Below are positions 1-10,459 of a stretch of 20,000 nt of DNA, piece after piece. The stretch lies in NCBI GenBank assembly GCA_000934665.2, contig KZ538191.1, forward strand, positions 119,010-139,009, given 5' to 3'. This stretch comes from Catajapyx aquilonaris (taxonomy: Eukaryota). How positions within the stretch are numbered: position 1 is the stretch's first letter; each line of letters starts with the position of its first letter. The notes under the pieces were generated by a model. It was not told the origin of the DNA and ran no database searches. It saw only the letters and a list, made by a program, of their open reading frames with translations. The translations under genes were made by a program, and so were the position numbers.

Positions 1-660
1 GCAGACTCTTGACAAGAAGATTTCAAAGTGCGAATTTTGTGGGAGATAATTTGATCAGTACGAAGAGATAATTCACCATATTGGTAAGGGACATGCTAGG
101 GAAAAAACCTGTTCTTGTAAAACGTCTCATTTTTGTGAGGACTGAGGAGTGTGGAGTAATCTTTAGTGCATAGCAAAAACTTATGCAGCGCAAGAGACAC
201 TACAGTAAGCATGTCTGCTTGCATTTCTCACTGCTCTGCAGGTGAACAGGCAGATCTGAATCCTGGTGAGAAAACGTGCTCAGAATGTCAAAGGTGTCGA
301 TATTGTTCAAACTATAAAGAAAATGTACAAATTGCTTTTGCTATATTTTGCTTGGTTGCGACTTGCACTAAACTGAAACATCCTGTATGCAGTGAAAACT
401 TGGCCATTATAAAGTTTTTCAATTATCTCTGATGTATGATTTTCCATACATTGTTGCACTGACCCAGTCCCAAGGTCACAGATGGAATTTATCGATTGTT
501 TACCCCAGCAATGAGTTCAAAGAAGAAACCACAATATTACAAAGTGAGTAAATGTGACACAGGTTCTGATGCTTTTTCTCTCAACAATTAAAGTGCAAAG
601 TAGGTTGACTTATTGCGGGAGAGTGTCTGCAGAATATATGCAGAAACATATGCTAGAACG
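1..660 (+). repeat. 3' tail of an upstream ZNF paralogue (tandem duplication unit; near-identical to 2711-3375)
   Basis: 1-660 matches 2711-~3375 at offset 2710, including near-identical 88-aa ORFs at 166 and 2876. A more diverged third copy lies at ~4690-5220. Confidence 0.9.
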
Positions 661-833
661 GTGGTTTCAGAAGACCCATAATTTTGGTTGAAAATGCAAC
701 ATATTTCATGTCATAATAAGAAAACAACCAAAATCGAGGTTAAGAATCAAATATATTTAATGTACAAGTTGCATAGTGCAATTAGTTTTCCAGATAATAT
801 ATAGGACAAGATGGAAGATAATATAAACATTAA

Positions 834-928
834 ATTTCATATTGTCAGCAGGTAATTTCTTACATAAGGAATTACCTGCTGACAATATGAAATATAGAGA
901 GCTTAACTCATATGAGTTTAGCTCTCTA
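834..928. repeat. Two adjacent near-perfect palindromes (60 bp and 34 bp)
   Basis: 834-862 is the reverse complement of 865-893 (1 mismatch, 2-nt loop). 895-928 TAGAGAGCTTAACTCATATGAGTTTAGCTCTCTA is self-complementary apart from one mismatched pair. Confidence 0.9.
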
Positions 929-1038
929 CATAGAGCTTATTGAAGCAGAAGTTTCCAACATTTTGCAAAATAATTTTTTGGAAATATTTGAGCAGTCCAT
1001 CTGACAGTGGCCGTATTAGAATATAAAATAATTCGCGT

Positions 1039-1316
1039 ATAGCAAATAGCGGTGGCAATTCGCAGCTATTTACCTAACCGCTCTCACAAGCAGTATTGTC
1101 AGTAACCTGCGAGATTGGCTTATAACAGTGATGCGACATATGACCCGCTCTGGAAAATGGCAGTTTACTTGATAAAATATTCATTCTTTTGTGGGCTGTT
1201 GAATGCCTTTGATTGATACAAGCCACACCTTTGCCAGGCAGCTCTGCTCGCATTACCTTCCGCATTGCCTCCTGCAGGACCTGGAGTTGGTTTGGAACTG
1301 GTTCGGCAAGAAGAAG
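1039..1316 (+). promoter_or_regulatory. Putative promoter and non-coding 5' exon of ZNF-A1 (homologous blocks precede every paralogue)
   Basis: Conserved CCGCTCT...GACCC...AAAATGGC (YY1/Pho-like) block, then a GAAG|GTAAT donor near 1316 and a CAG acceptor 1 nt before the ATG (ttcag|aATG). Confidence 0.55.
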
Positions 1317-1444
1317 GTAATAAAGGTCGCATTCTATTCCCTTCATGCTGCCACATTCCAATTTTATGTTTCAGTACTTTCATTTTGTGGGCAAAGTAAA
1401 AACTGCATTGATGTGAATTACTCATAAAGACATTCAATTTCAGA

Positions 1445-2668
1445 ATGATGTTGTCGATGGGCGTGAAGATTGAGCCTGAGGAAAGCGACGGCGAGATTCA
1501 AGGCAAGATCCTCACCAGCATAGAGGATATCAGGATGAAGTGCGAGTTGAAGGAAGAAACCCAGCTTGAAGAAGAATGGAATGTAACGGAGGTGTCTGCA
1601 TTTGAAGAAAATGCTGCAGTGGTCAAGATGGAGGCAACAGAGGAAGAGGCAATGGTAACAGCACCAGAGTATCTTGTGGACATTGATGACCCATTACAGC
1701 TGGATCCTGTTGGGACTCCCAAATTCAACGTATCATTACCCCCACATTCAGCACTTACTCCCAACACGGATGCCAATCATAAGCGTAAAACATATTACTG
1801 TTATGAATGTTCTGAATCATATGAAACACTTGAAGAAGTACAAGATCACCTGAAGGTCCACAATGCTCCCAATGTTTGTGACTTGTGCCAGAAAAAGTTT
1901 TTTTCTCAGAATGGGTTGGCTGCGCATGTGAGGATCCACCACTGTAACAATACTTGCGATTTGTGCCACAAACAGTTTACATCCTATCAGAGTGTCCGTG
2001 AGCATAGGAAGCGCCACAGAATTGGGAAAATAATTGCATGTGAATTTTGTGAAGAGTCATTCATGGAACACGATTTAGTATCACACATCAAAGGTCACAC
2101 TGGGGAAAGTCCGTTCACGTGTGATGTCTGTGGCAGACAATTTGATCTCCTGGCTCTATGTATTATCCATAGGCGGAAACACTTTGGCAAGAACTCTCGT
2201 ACAGGCACCAAGCCTAAAAAGACCATTGTTAGTAAAGGTCAAAAAAAGGTCATATACCGTGGTCCAAAAATACTTGCACGTGACAAGAGTGAAGAGACTT
2301 GCAATGACACTTTTGATAAACATGGGAGGGCAGACACTGACAAGAATATTTCAAAGTGTGGATTATGTAGGAGATTATTTGATCAGTGCGAAGACAAAAT
2401 TAACCATGTTTGTAAAAAACTTGTATGCGAATTTTGTGAAGAGTCATTCATGGAACATGATTTAGTATCACACATCAAGGGCCACATTGGGGAAAGTCCT
2501 TTCACATGTAGTTTCTGTGGCAAAAAATTTGATGTCCTCGCAAGATTTATTATACACAGGAGGACACACATTGACAAGAAATCTCGCACAGGCACCAAGC
2601 CTCAAAAGGCGAGTGAAGGTCAAAGAAAGGCCGTATATCGTGGGCGGAAAATACTTGCACCTGACTAG
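1445..2668 (+). CDS. C2H2 zinc-finger protein ZNF-A1 (407 aa; ~7 fingers plus a degenerate one; acidic N-terminus)
   Basis: Repeated C-x2-C-x11/12-H-x3-H motifs, an HTGESPF linker, a splice acceptor just before the ATG, and an internal ~387-bp duplication. Confidence 0.88.
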   Translation: MMLSMGVKIEPEESDGEIQGKILTSIEDIRMKCELKEETQLEEEWNVTEVSAFEENAAVVKMEATEEEAMVTAPEYLVDIDDPLQLDPVGTPKFNVSLPPHSALTPNTDANHKRKTYYCYECSESYETLEEVQDHLKVHNAPNVCDLCQKKFFSQNGLAAHVRIHHCNNTCDLCHKQFTSYQSVREHRKRHRIGKIIACEFCEESFMEHDLVSHIKGHTGESPFTCDVCGRQFDLLALCIIHRRKHFGKNSRTGTKPKKTIVSKGQKKVIYRGPKILARDKSEETCNDTFDKHGRADTDKNISKCGLCRRLFDQCEDKINHVCKKLVCEFCEESFMEHDLVSHIKGHIGESPFTCSFCGKKFDVLARFIIHRRTHIDKKSRTGTKPQKASEGQRKAVYRGRKILAPD

Positions 2669-3812
2669 AGTGAAGAGATGGGCAGTTAGACTAGAGATAA
2701 ACATGGGAGGGCAGACTCTTAACAAGAAGATTTCAAAGTGCGAATTTTGTGGGAGATAATTTGATCAGTACGAAGAGATAATTCACCATATTTGTAAGGG
2801 ACATGCTAGGGAAAAAACCTGTTCTTGTTAAACGACTCATTTTTGTGAGGACTGAGGAGTGTGGAGTAATCTTTAGTGCATAGCAAAAACTTATGCAGCG
2901 CAAGAGACACTACAGTAAGCATGTCTGCTTGCATTTCTCATTGCTCTGCAGGTGAACGGGCAGGTCTGAATCCTGGTGAGAAAACATGCTCAGAATGTCA
3001 AAGGTGTCGATATTGTTCAAACTATAAAGAAAATGTACAAATTGCTTTTGCTATATTTTGCTTGGTTGCGACTTGCACTAAACTGAAACATCCTGTATGC
3101 AGTGAAAACTTGGCCATTATAAAGTTTTTCAATTATCTCTGATGTATGATTTTCCATACATTGTTGCACTGACCCAGTCCCAAGGTCCCAGATGGAATTT
3201 ATCGATTGTTTACCCCAGCAATGAGTTCAAAGAAGAAACCACAATATTACAAGGTGAGTAAATGTGACACATGTTCTGATGCTTTTTCTCTTAACAATTA
3301 AAGTGCATAGTAGGTTAATTAGGTTCACTTATTGCGGGAGAGGGTCTGCAGAATATTATGCAGAAAAGTATGCTCGAGGTGGTGTTTAATATCAGATAGC
3401 AAATAGCGGTGTCAAGTCGTAGCTGTTTTTCTAACCGCTCTTACAAGCAGTCATTGTCAGTAACCTGCGAAATTGGCTTCTAGCAGTGACGCGATATACG
3501 ACCCGCTATGGAAAATGGCAGTTTACTTGATAAAAATATTCTCTGTTTTGTTGGCTGTTGAAAGCCTTTGATTGATACAAGCAGCATCTTTGCCAGGCAG
3601 CTCTGCTCGCATCACCTTCCGCATTGCCTCCTGCAGGACCTGGAGGACCTGGAGTTGGTTTGGAACTGGTTCGCCAAGAAGAAGGTAATAAAGGTCACAT
3701 TCCATTCGTTTCATGTTGGCACATTCCAATTTAATGTCTCAGTACTTTCATTTTGTGTCCAAAGTAAAAACTGCATCGATGAGAATTACTCATGAACACA
3801 TTCAATTTCAGA

Positions 3813-4598
3813 ATGATGTCGTCGATAGGTGTGAAGATTGAGCCTGAGGAAAGCGACGGCGAGATTCAAGGGGAGATTATCACCAGCACAGAGGATATCT
3901 GGATGAAGTGCGAGTTGAAGGAAGAGACCCAGCTTGAAGAAGAATGGAATGTAACGGCGGATTGGGCATTTGAAGAAAATGCTGCCGTGGTCAAGATGGA
4001 GGCAACAGAAGAAGAGGCAATGGTAACCGCACCAGAATATCTTGCGGACATTGATGACCCATTACAGCTGGAGCCTGTTGGGACTCACAAATTCAACGTA
4101 TCATTACCCCCACATTCAGCACTGACTACCAACATGGATGCCAATCATAAGCATAAATTATATTCCTGTTATGAATGTTCTAAATCATACGAAACACTGA
4201 AAGAAGTACACCATCACCTGAAGGTCCACAATGCTCCCAATGTTTGTGACTTGTGCCAGAAAAAGTTTTTTTCTCAGCATGGGTTGGCTGCGCATCTGAG
4301 GATCCACCACTGTAACAATACTTGCAATTTGTGCCACAAACAGTTTACATGCTATAAGAGTGTCCGTGAGCATAGGAAGCGCCACAGAATTGGGAAAATA
4401 ATTGCATGTGAATTTTGTGAAGAGTCATTCATGGAACATGATTTAGTATCACACATCAAGGGACACATTGGGGAAAGTCCTTTCACATGTAGTTTCTGTG
4501 GCAAAAAATTTGATGCCCTCGCAAGATTTATTATACATAGGAGAGCACACATTGACAAGAAATCTCTTAACAGGCACCAAGCCTCAAAAGGCGAGTGA
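3813..4598 (+). CDS. C2H2 zinc-finger protein ZNF-A2 (~261 aa, 5 fingers), paralogue of ZNF-A1
   Basis: Highly similar to ZNF-A1, with the ATG after ttcag|a. It lacks the internal duplication, and an indel near 4568 shifts the C-terminal tail. Confidence 0.85.
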   Translation: MMSSIGVKIEPEESDGEIQGEIITSTEDIWMKCELKEETQLEEEWNVTADWAFEENAAVVKMEATEEEAMVTAPEYLADIDDPLQLEPVGTHKFNVSLPPHSALTTNMDANHKHKLYSCYECSKSYETLKEVHHHLKVHNAPNVCDLCQKKFFSQHGLAAHLRIHHCNNTCNLCHKQFTCYKSVREHRKRHRIGKIIACEFCEESFMEHDLVSHIKGHIGESPFTCSFCGKKFDALARFIIHRRAHIDKKSLNRHQASKGE

Positions 4599-5583
4599 AG
4601 GTCAAGGAAAGGTCATATACCGTGGTCGGAAAATACTTGCAAGTGACTGGATTGCATGAGCAATTAGACTTGAGATAAACATGGGAGGGCAGACTCTAAT
4701 GAGAAGAATTCAAAGTGTGGATTTTGTGGGAGGTACATGTATGAATAGTTAATTCATCATATTTGCAAGGGACATGCCAGCAAAAAAAACTTATTGCTAT
4801 GAAACTTATTTTTGTGAGGAGCATGTGGTAATCTTTATGGTGTAGCAAGAACTTAAAACACCACAAGAGAATCTGTAAGACACTTTCAAGCATGAAACAT
4901 TTTTTTTCATTGCTGTTCAACTGAACAGACAGGTCTTAATCCTGCGGAAAAACACAAGCTCATGTCAATTATTGCATCAATATTTTTCAAAGTACAAAGC
5001 AACATCGGAAAAAACTTGTAATGCTTTACTCATTGCAACATACCCTTCTGAGACACAGAACCCAGATGCAGCGGAAACTCAGCTGTTAGATGGTTTTTGA
5101 TTTATTTAGGATATGTATGACTTTTAATACATAGTTGCACTGACCCAGCCCCAAGGTTACGGGCAGAATTTATTTATCATTTACCCCAATGAGTTCAAAG
5201 AAGAAACCGGAATTAAAAGTGAGCCACAATAATTTTTAAAACCATTTTCAGGAAATTTTAGGGCATTCTGACCAACAGGTTCAGTTACCTCCATTTTACT
5301 CCCCCTTCTCTGCTTGCTAAAATCCCCTTCAGGCTATAGCAGGCCAACCCTTCTTTTCACAGTTAGTTTTGAGGAATTTTCTTCCATTCCTTCTACCTTT
5401 CTACCCTTTGATGCTACTAGGTTTTTAAAAACATTTGTATATCGAGTATGATTGCTCCAGATGTGAAGAAAATGTGCAGTACATTATGTTTGTGGCGAAC
5501 CAGTGACTATATTGTGATTAGGGAATTTTTGAGCCCTTAGGGAACTACCTTGGCTCTGCTGAGAAATTTCAGGGGTGAACCAA

Positions 5584-5894
5584 TTTTTTTTTAAGGTTTT
5601 TTCACCAGATGTCAACCCTGCTGGCCTTTGTTTCCGGATCTAGAGCTAGTCAGTATGCAGAAAATGGGCTGCGGGAGCAGAAGGTCCACGAAAAGGTCTT
5701 CTTTCGTCTGGTCGAAGAAGCACAAGCTGGCACACCGTCTTGCTCATCAGAGACGCTCGCTACAGTAAGTTTCTTTTATTGCACAGAGACCCTCCTGACG
5801 CAGGTGAAAGGAAAGTTCCCCAGGCGGGGATCGAACCTGGGGCCTTTCACTCAGCAAGCCGACACGTTACCATCTCGGCCATCTACACCTCCCC
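5584..5894 (-). mobile_element. tRNA-derived SINE
   Basis: The minus strand has a Pol III A box TGGCCGAGATGG (5881-5870), a B box GGTTCGATCCC (5837-5827), a ~220-nt unrelated body and an A-rich tail (T-runs 5584-5602 on +). It is absent upstream of the sister paralogues. No clear TSD was seen. Confidence 0.7.
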
Positions 5895-6367
5895 ATATAA
5901 TTATGTATAAATTATAATTCTTAAAATGAATATTGCTATCATCACTGCTGCTGCAAATCGCTGTTCTTTCTCTTAAACGCGATCTGCTCCAGTAGCCAGT
6001 TATAACAGCAGTGACGCGATATATGACCGGGGGAAAATATGGCCGCCTCCAGTGGACCTGTCGAAATATTTTTCTTTCCAATTCATTTCCTTTGACTGAT
6101 CGAACCCTCGTTCCTGCTCTTGTTTTGGCCTTTCTCAGGTTATCCTCACCACCACCTGTTGCAGCATCTGGAGGTGTTGAAGTTGGGTTAGAATCGGCGG
6201 AAGGAAGGTGTATATTTTTGTCTGAAGCAAACAATTTTATTACTTGACATGCAGAGATTTGTGTGCTTGTAAATGTACATTTTAGCTCATCAAGGTACGA
6301 ACAGTCTAATCATCATAATAATGGTAGATATTGAGTGGTGTAACAACCTGCATTTTTTTCCCCCAGA

Positions 6368-7093
6368 ATGTCTTCTGAAAAGGTGAAGATCAAAGTTGAG
6401 GAAGATGCGAGTGTCACGACGGAGGAGACTTGGCTGCTGCAGATGAAAAGAGAAGACGACGTTGGAGAAGATGAAAGGGAAGACGTGGAGGTAAAGAGGG
6501 AGACTGGCAAGGGAGAGGTTGAATTGGAAGGAGCAGACGAAGAAGAAGTGGCGGATGTGACAGACTTTTCCGAAGCCATTGACGACCCACTTCGAATAGA
6601 CTCATGCGGAGTTGGCCAATCTCATCAAGACTCATTGATCTCATCCTGTCCGGTCGGTGATGCTGAAGGTGTACACCAAAGTTTCACCTATGATGCATAT
6701 CCCACACATGATCAATTATTAGTTCTACTAAAGAAAACACATGATACTGCCAGTGTGTGTCATATGCACAGTGTGGAATTTTCACCTGCGAATGATGCAT
6801 CAAAAGTGCAGGGTAATGAAAACATGTTTCAGTGTAAATTTTGCCCGCTATCATTTTCTGAGCAGCATTTGTTAAGTTCGCACTTGCGAGTCCATTGCCT
6901 TCCTTGTGATCTGTGCAATTGCTTGTGTTTAACCGAAAGTGCTTTAATTGACCATAGGAGGACACATACAGTCAAGGTGCTTTATGCATGTGATTTGTGT
7001 GGCATTTCCTTTCCATCTAAAAGTGGCTTACGTCGTCATAAGAAATCACACACTGATTTCATTCCGTATGTCCCAAAAGTTAAACAAGTGTGA
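6368..7093 (+). CDS. C2H2 zinc-finger protein ZNF-B1 (241 aa, 3 fingers)
   Basis: Acidic N-terminus with IDDPL, fingers CKFC/CDLC/CDLC, and a cccag|aATG acceptor. Confidence 0.82.
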   Translation: MSSEKVKIKVEEDASVTTEETWLLQMKREDDVGEDEREDVEVKRETGKGEVELEGADEEEVADVTDFSEAIDDPLRIDSCGVGQSHQDSLISSCPVGDAEGVHQSFTYDAYPTHDQLLVLLKKTHDTASVCHMHSVEFSPANDASKVQGNENMFQCKFCPLSFSEQHLLSSHLRVHCLPCDLCNCLCLTESALIDHRRTHTVKVLYACDLCGISFPSKSGLRRHKKSHTDFIPYVPKVKQV

Positions 7094-7307
7094 CTTATGT
7101 CCTAAAGAATTCTTTCCTAGGAGAGAATTGTACACACAAGGGAAACCACACAGTGAGACACCTGACACATGCAGTGAGTGCTGGAAGTCATTTTCAGCTG
7201 AAAGGTCCTTACAAGCTCATGAGAAAACACATGTTGCTGAGATGATTATACAAGCATGACTTTGTGCAAACGTTTTCTAGCATTTAGTTTAATTAGTTTT
7301 TAAAATA

Positions 7308-8503
7308 CGCAGGTGGTTTCGTAAGTCATGGCTCCTATTTTTTAAATTCTAAAACTGTAACACACAAAGAGATGACCTCTGCTGAGTTTTGAATCTCTGC
7401 AATTACTATTTCGTCTGATATACAGGGTGTATCTGAACTCAGTGCCCCGACGTTTATGACTGCCTTCCTAGCCACCAGAGGATCGATTTAAGTATAGGAG
7501 TCCTATGTCTGGGCAGCCTCATTACTGAGATACACTCTTTAGCGATTTTTGCCTAATCGCTTCTGACTTTTCAATAGAATTTTCTGGTGTAACTAGCCAA
7601 AGAGGCCTTACCACCTGTGGGCAACAAACCAACAAAGTCCCGCCCCCAGACCTTCCAGAGCCTTCTGACTGGGGGAGGGTTCGATGGGTGGCCTAACCGA
7701 CAGGATATTTTGTACTACATGTTTGCGGCCTATTATCTCCGTAATGCGGCGGCCAAACATAATGACTCCTATACTTAAATCGATCCTCTGGTGGCTAGGA
7801 AGGCAGTCATATACGTCGGGGCACTGAGTTCAGATACACCCTGTATAGATGTTGCCCGTATCACAAGGGGGGCTGGGAAACAAAAGGGGATTGTAACCTC
7901 CCACCACACCACTGCCCTAAGACAACCCAAGCCTGACATGCTGGAAGTGATTGGACTCTGCATGCGGTACACTCAGCAACGGACAACAAGGGAGCTTGCT
8001 TTCGAGAGTGAGACAAATCAGAGCACTCTGACCTGAGCCATGTGTCAACCATCGCCACAAACTTTTTTTAAAAAAATCCATCGCCCTCAATGCAATTGAG
8101 TTCCAAGTGAGTGCAAAATGGTGGAATTTTTGCACCCCAAAGAGGAGCCAATGAAGATACCAAGTTTAATACTGAGACCGTTCCGTTTTTCAAAGTCATA
8201 AGCGTAGTGCTCTGACTTGTCCCACACTTGAAAGCAAGGTCCTGTGTTGTCCATCGCCGAGTGTCTTGCATGCAACGGCTAACATTTGCAAGCGCGTCAA
8301 GCTCAGGCCGGCTTATGGTGATGGTGCAGTGGGGGGTCACGATCTCCATTTATTTCCTGGCCCCCCCTTGCGATATGGGCTAAATCTGTATATCAGACCA
8401 AATAGTAATTGCAGGAGCTTCAAATCTCAGCAAAGGTCATCTCTGTATGTGTTATCATATTTGAATTTAAAAATACGTGCCATGACTTATGAAACAACCC
8501 ACT
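7308..8503 (-). mobile_element. Internally deleted mariner-like DNA transposon with ~140-bp imperfect TIRs (contains a nested MITE)
   Basis: TA-flanked ends: cgcaggtggtttcgtaagtcatgg...ccatgacttatgaaacaacccact. A minus-strand remnant SRPELDALANVSRCMQDTRRWTTQDLAFKCGTSQSTT resembles the mariner HTH region (GRP...DRRxTxxELA). Confidence 0.75.
7423..7843. mobile_element. MITE (Tc1/mariner-type, 421 bp, CAGGGTG termini, TA TSD)
   Basis: About 80-bp near-perfect TIRs (7423-7502 and 7764-7843, extending imperfectly to ~110 bp), with TA on both sides. The paralogous site near 10572 is empty. Confidence 0.92.
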
Positions 8504-9516
8504 TAGTTGTCTTTTCTTTACACAGAAGGACACACAGGTGGGACACCTTTCACGTTTATTGTCTGCCAAAAGTCACAACTCCGCATTGGTTTCCTAGACA
8601 TGAACAGGTGTGATATCATTTGAATGTGACTTTTGTGAGGAGACATTTACCAACAATTACTTATGAAAGATTCAAGAAATTTAGTAGACTGACGAAAAAC
8701 TATTTGAATGGAAAAATATGTGGGAAATCGTTTTCATATAAACGCACAGTCACGAGCATAAAGATGTGGACGGTAGACCAGAGTCTACCGTCCACATCTT
8801 CATGCTCACGACTGTACATTGAAACGACATGAGAGCACTCACCTGTCTTACTTGATCACCAGAGACATCACACAGGTTACGAGGTGTTTCCTAGTGAAAA
8901 AAAAAGAAAAACTCGTTTGCTTGCTGCATTTTCATCGCAGTTGATCTGCTCTTTCAGGGTATTTTTCATACGAAGTTATTGTATTTCATGTAATAAAATG
9001 TGATCTCGATGTGTGCTTCAGTCATTACTTTCATAAACAGATTAATTGACCTTAAGTGTTGAGAAAACACAGAAAATAATTAATTACTTACAGCTGCTGA
9101 AAATCGCTGTTCTTTCTCTTAAACGCTATCCGCTCTTATAGCTGTTTATCTGCTCTTGACTAGCAGTGACGCTACGTTTGACCCCTGCGAAAATGGCCGC
9201 CTCCAGTTGGCTTCGTCGAATTATTTTTGTGTGACTGTTGATTTCCTTTTGACGGATCGAAACCTCGTTCCTGCTCTGGTTTTGCCTTCCGCAGGTCATC
9301 ATCAGCTGTGGCAGCATCTGGAGGTGTTGAAGTTGGGTTAGAATCGGCGGAAGGAAGGTGAATATTTTTATATTAAGCAAAGCATTTTATTACTTGACAT
9401 GCAGAGATTTGTGTGCTTGTATGTATACATTTTAGCTCATCAAAGTGCGAACAGTCTAACCATCATAATAGTGGTAGATATTGAGTGGTGTAACAACCTG
9501 CATTTTTTTTCCCAGA

Positions 9517-10242
9517 ATGTCTTCTGAAAAGGTGAAGATCAAGGTTGAGGAAGATGAGAGTGTCACGACGGAGGAGACTTGGCTGCTGCAGATGAAAAGA
9601 GAAGACGACGTTGGAGAAGATGAAAGGGAAGATGTGGAGGCAACGAGAGAGGCTGGCAAGGGAGAGGTTAAATTGGAAGGAGCAGACGAAGAAGAAGTGG
9701 CTGATGTGACAGACTTTTCGGAAGCCATTGACGACCCACTTCGAATAGACCCTTGTGGAGTTGGTCAATCTCATCGAGACTCATTGCTCTCATCCTGTCC
9801 GGCCGGTGATGCTGAAGGTGTACACCAAAGTTTCGCCTATGATGCATATCCCACACAGGATCAATTATCAGTTCTACTAAAGAAAACACATGATACTTCC
9901 AGTGTGTGTCATATGCACAATGTGGAATTTTCACCTGCGAATGATGCATCAAAAGTGCAGGGTAATGAAAACATGTTTCAGTGTAAATTTTGCCCGCTAT
10001 CATTTTCTGAGCAGCATTTGTTAAGTTCGCACTTGCGAGTCCATTGCCTTCCTTGTGATCTGTGCAATTGCTTGTGTTTAACCGAAAGTGCTTTAATTGA
10101 CCATAGGAGGACACATACATTCAAGATCCTTTATGCATGTGATTTGTGTGGCATTACCTTTCCATATAAAAGTGGCTTACGTCGTCATAAGAAATCACAC
10201 GCTGATTTCATTCCGCATGTCCCAAAAGTTAAACACGTGTGA
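9517..10242 (+). CDS. C2H2 zinc-finger protein ZNF-B2 (241 aa, 3 fingers), recent duplicate of ZNF-B1
   Basis: Near-identical to 6368-7093. The true ATG follows cccag|a at 9517. Confidence 0.82.
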   Translation: MSSEKVKIKVEEDESVTTEETWLLQMKREDDVGEDEREDVEATREAGKGEVKLEGADEEEVADVTDFSEAIDDPLRIDPCGVGQSHRDSLLSSCPAGDAEGVHQSFAYDAYPTQDQLSVLLKKTHDTSSVCHMHNVEFSPANDASKVQGNENMFQCKFCPLSFSEQHLLSSHLRVHCLPCDLCNCLCLTESALIDHRRTHTFKILYACDLCGITFPYKSGLRRHKKSHADFIPHVPKVKHV

Positions 10243-10459
10243 CTTATGTCCTAAAGAATTCCTTCCTAGGAGAGAATTGTACTCACAAGGGAAACCACAC
10301 AGTGAGAAACCTGACACATGCAGTGAGTGCTGGAAGTCATTTTCGGCCGTAAGGTCCTTACAAGCTCATGAAAAAACACATGTTGCTGAGATGATTATAC
10401 AAGCATGACTTTGTGCAAACGTTTTTTAGCATCTAGTTTATTAATTAGTTTTTAAAATA

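Noticed and set aside
166..432. 88-aa ORF (and its copy at 2876-3142) as a separate gene
   Set aside because: GTG start, lies in the ZNF 3' tail, contains only decayed finger remnants, and is not preserved in the third copy.
5695..5760. Possible hammerhead ribozyme on the minus strand (CTGATGAG...CGAAA)
   Set aside because: Stem II cannot form beyond one G-C pair, and CTGATGAG lies in the loop of a different hairpin (CGTCT/AGACG). No convincing stems I and III were found.
5815..5890. Functional tRNA gene on the minus strand
   Set aside because: A and B boxes are present, but the acceptor and anticodon stems do not pair. It is better explained as a SINE head.
7088..7096. Antizyme-like +1 programmed frameshift exactly at GTG-TGA-C
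   Set aside because: Shifting at the stop would yield V-D-L-C and lose the first zinc-binding Cys. No stimulatory structure was noticed.
8266..8832. ORFs of 115 aa and 70 aa (copies at 10992 and 11346)
   Set aside because: TTG starts. They span the mariner TIR and frameshifted finger relics and are not coherent proteins.
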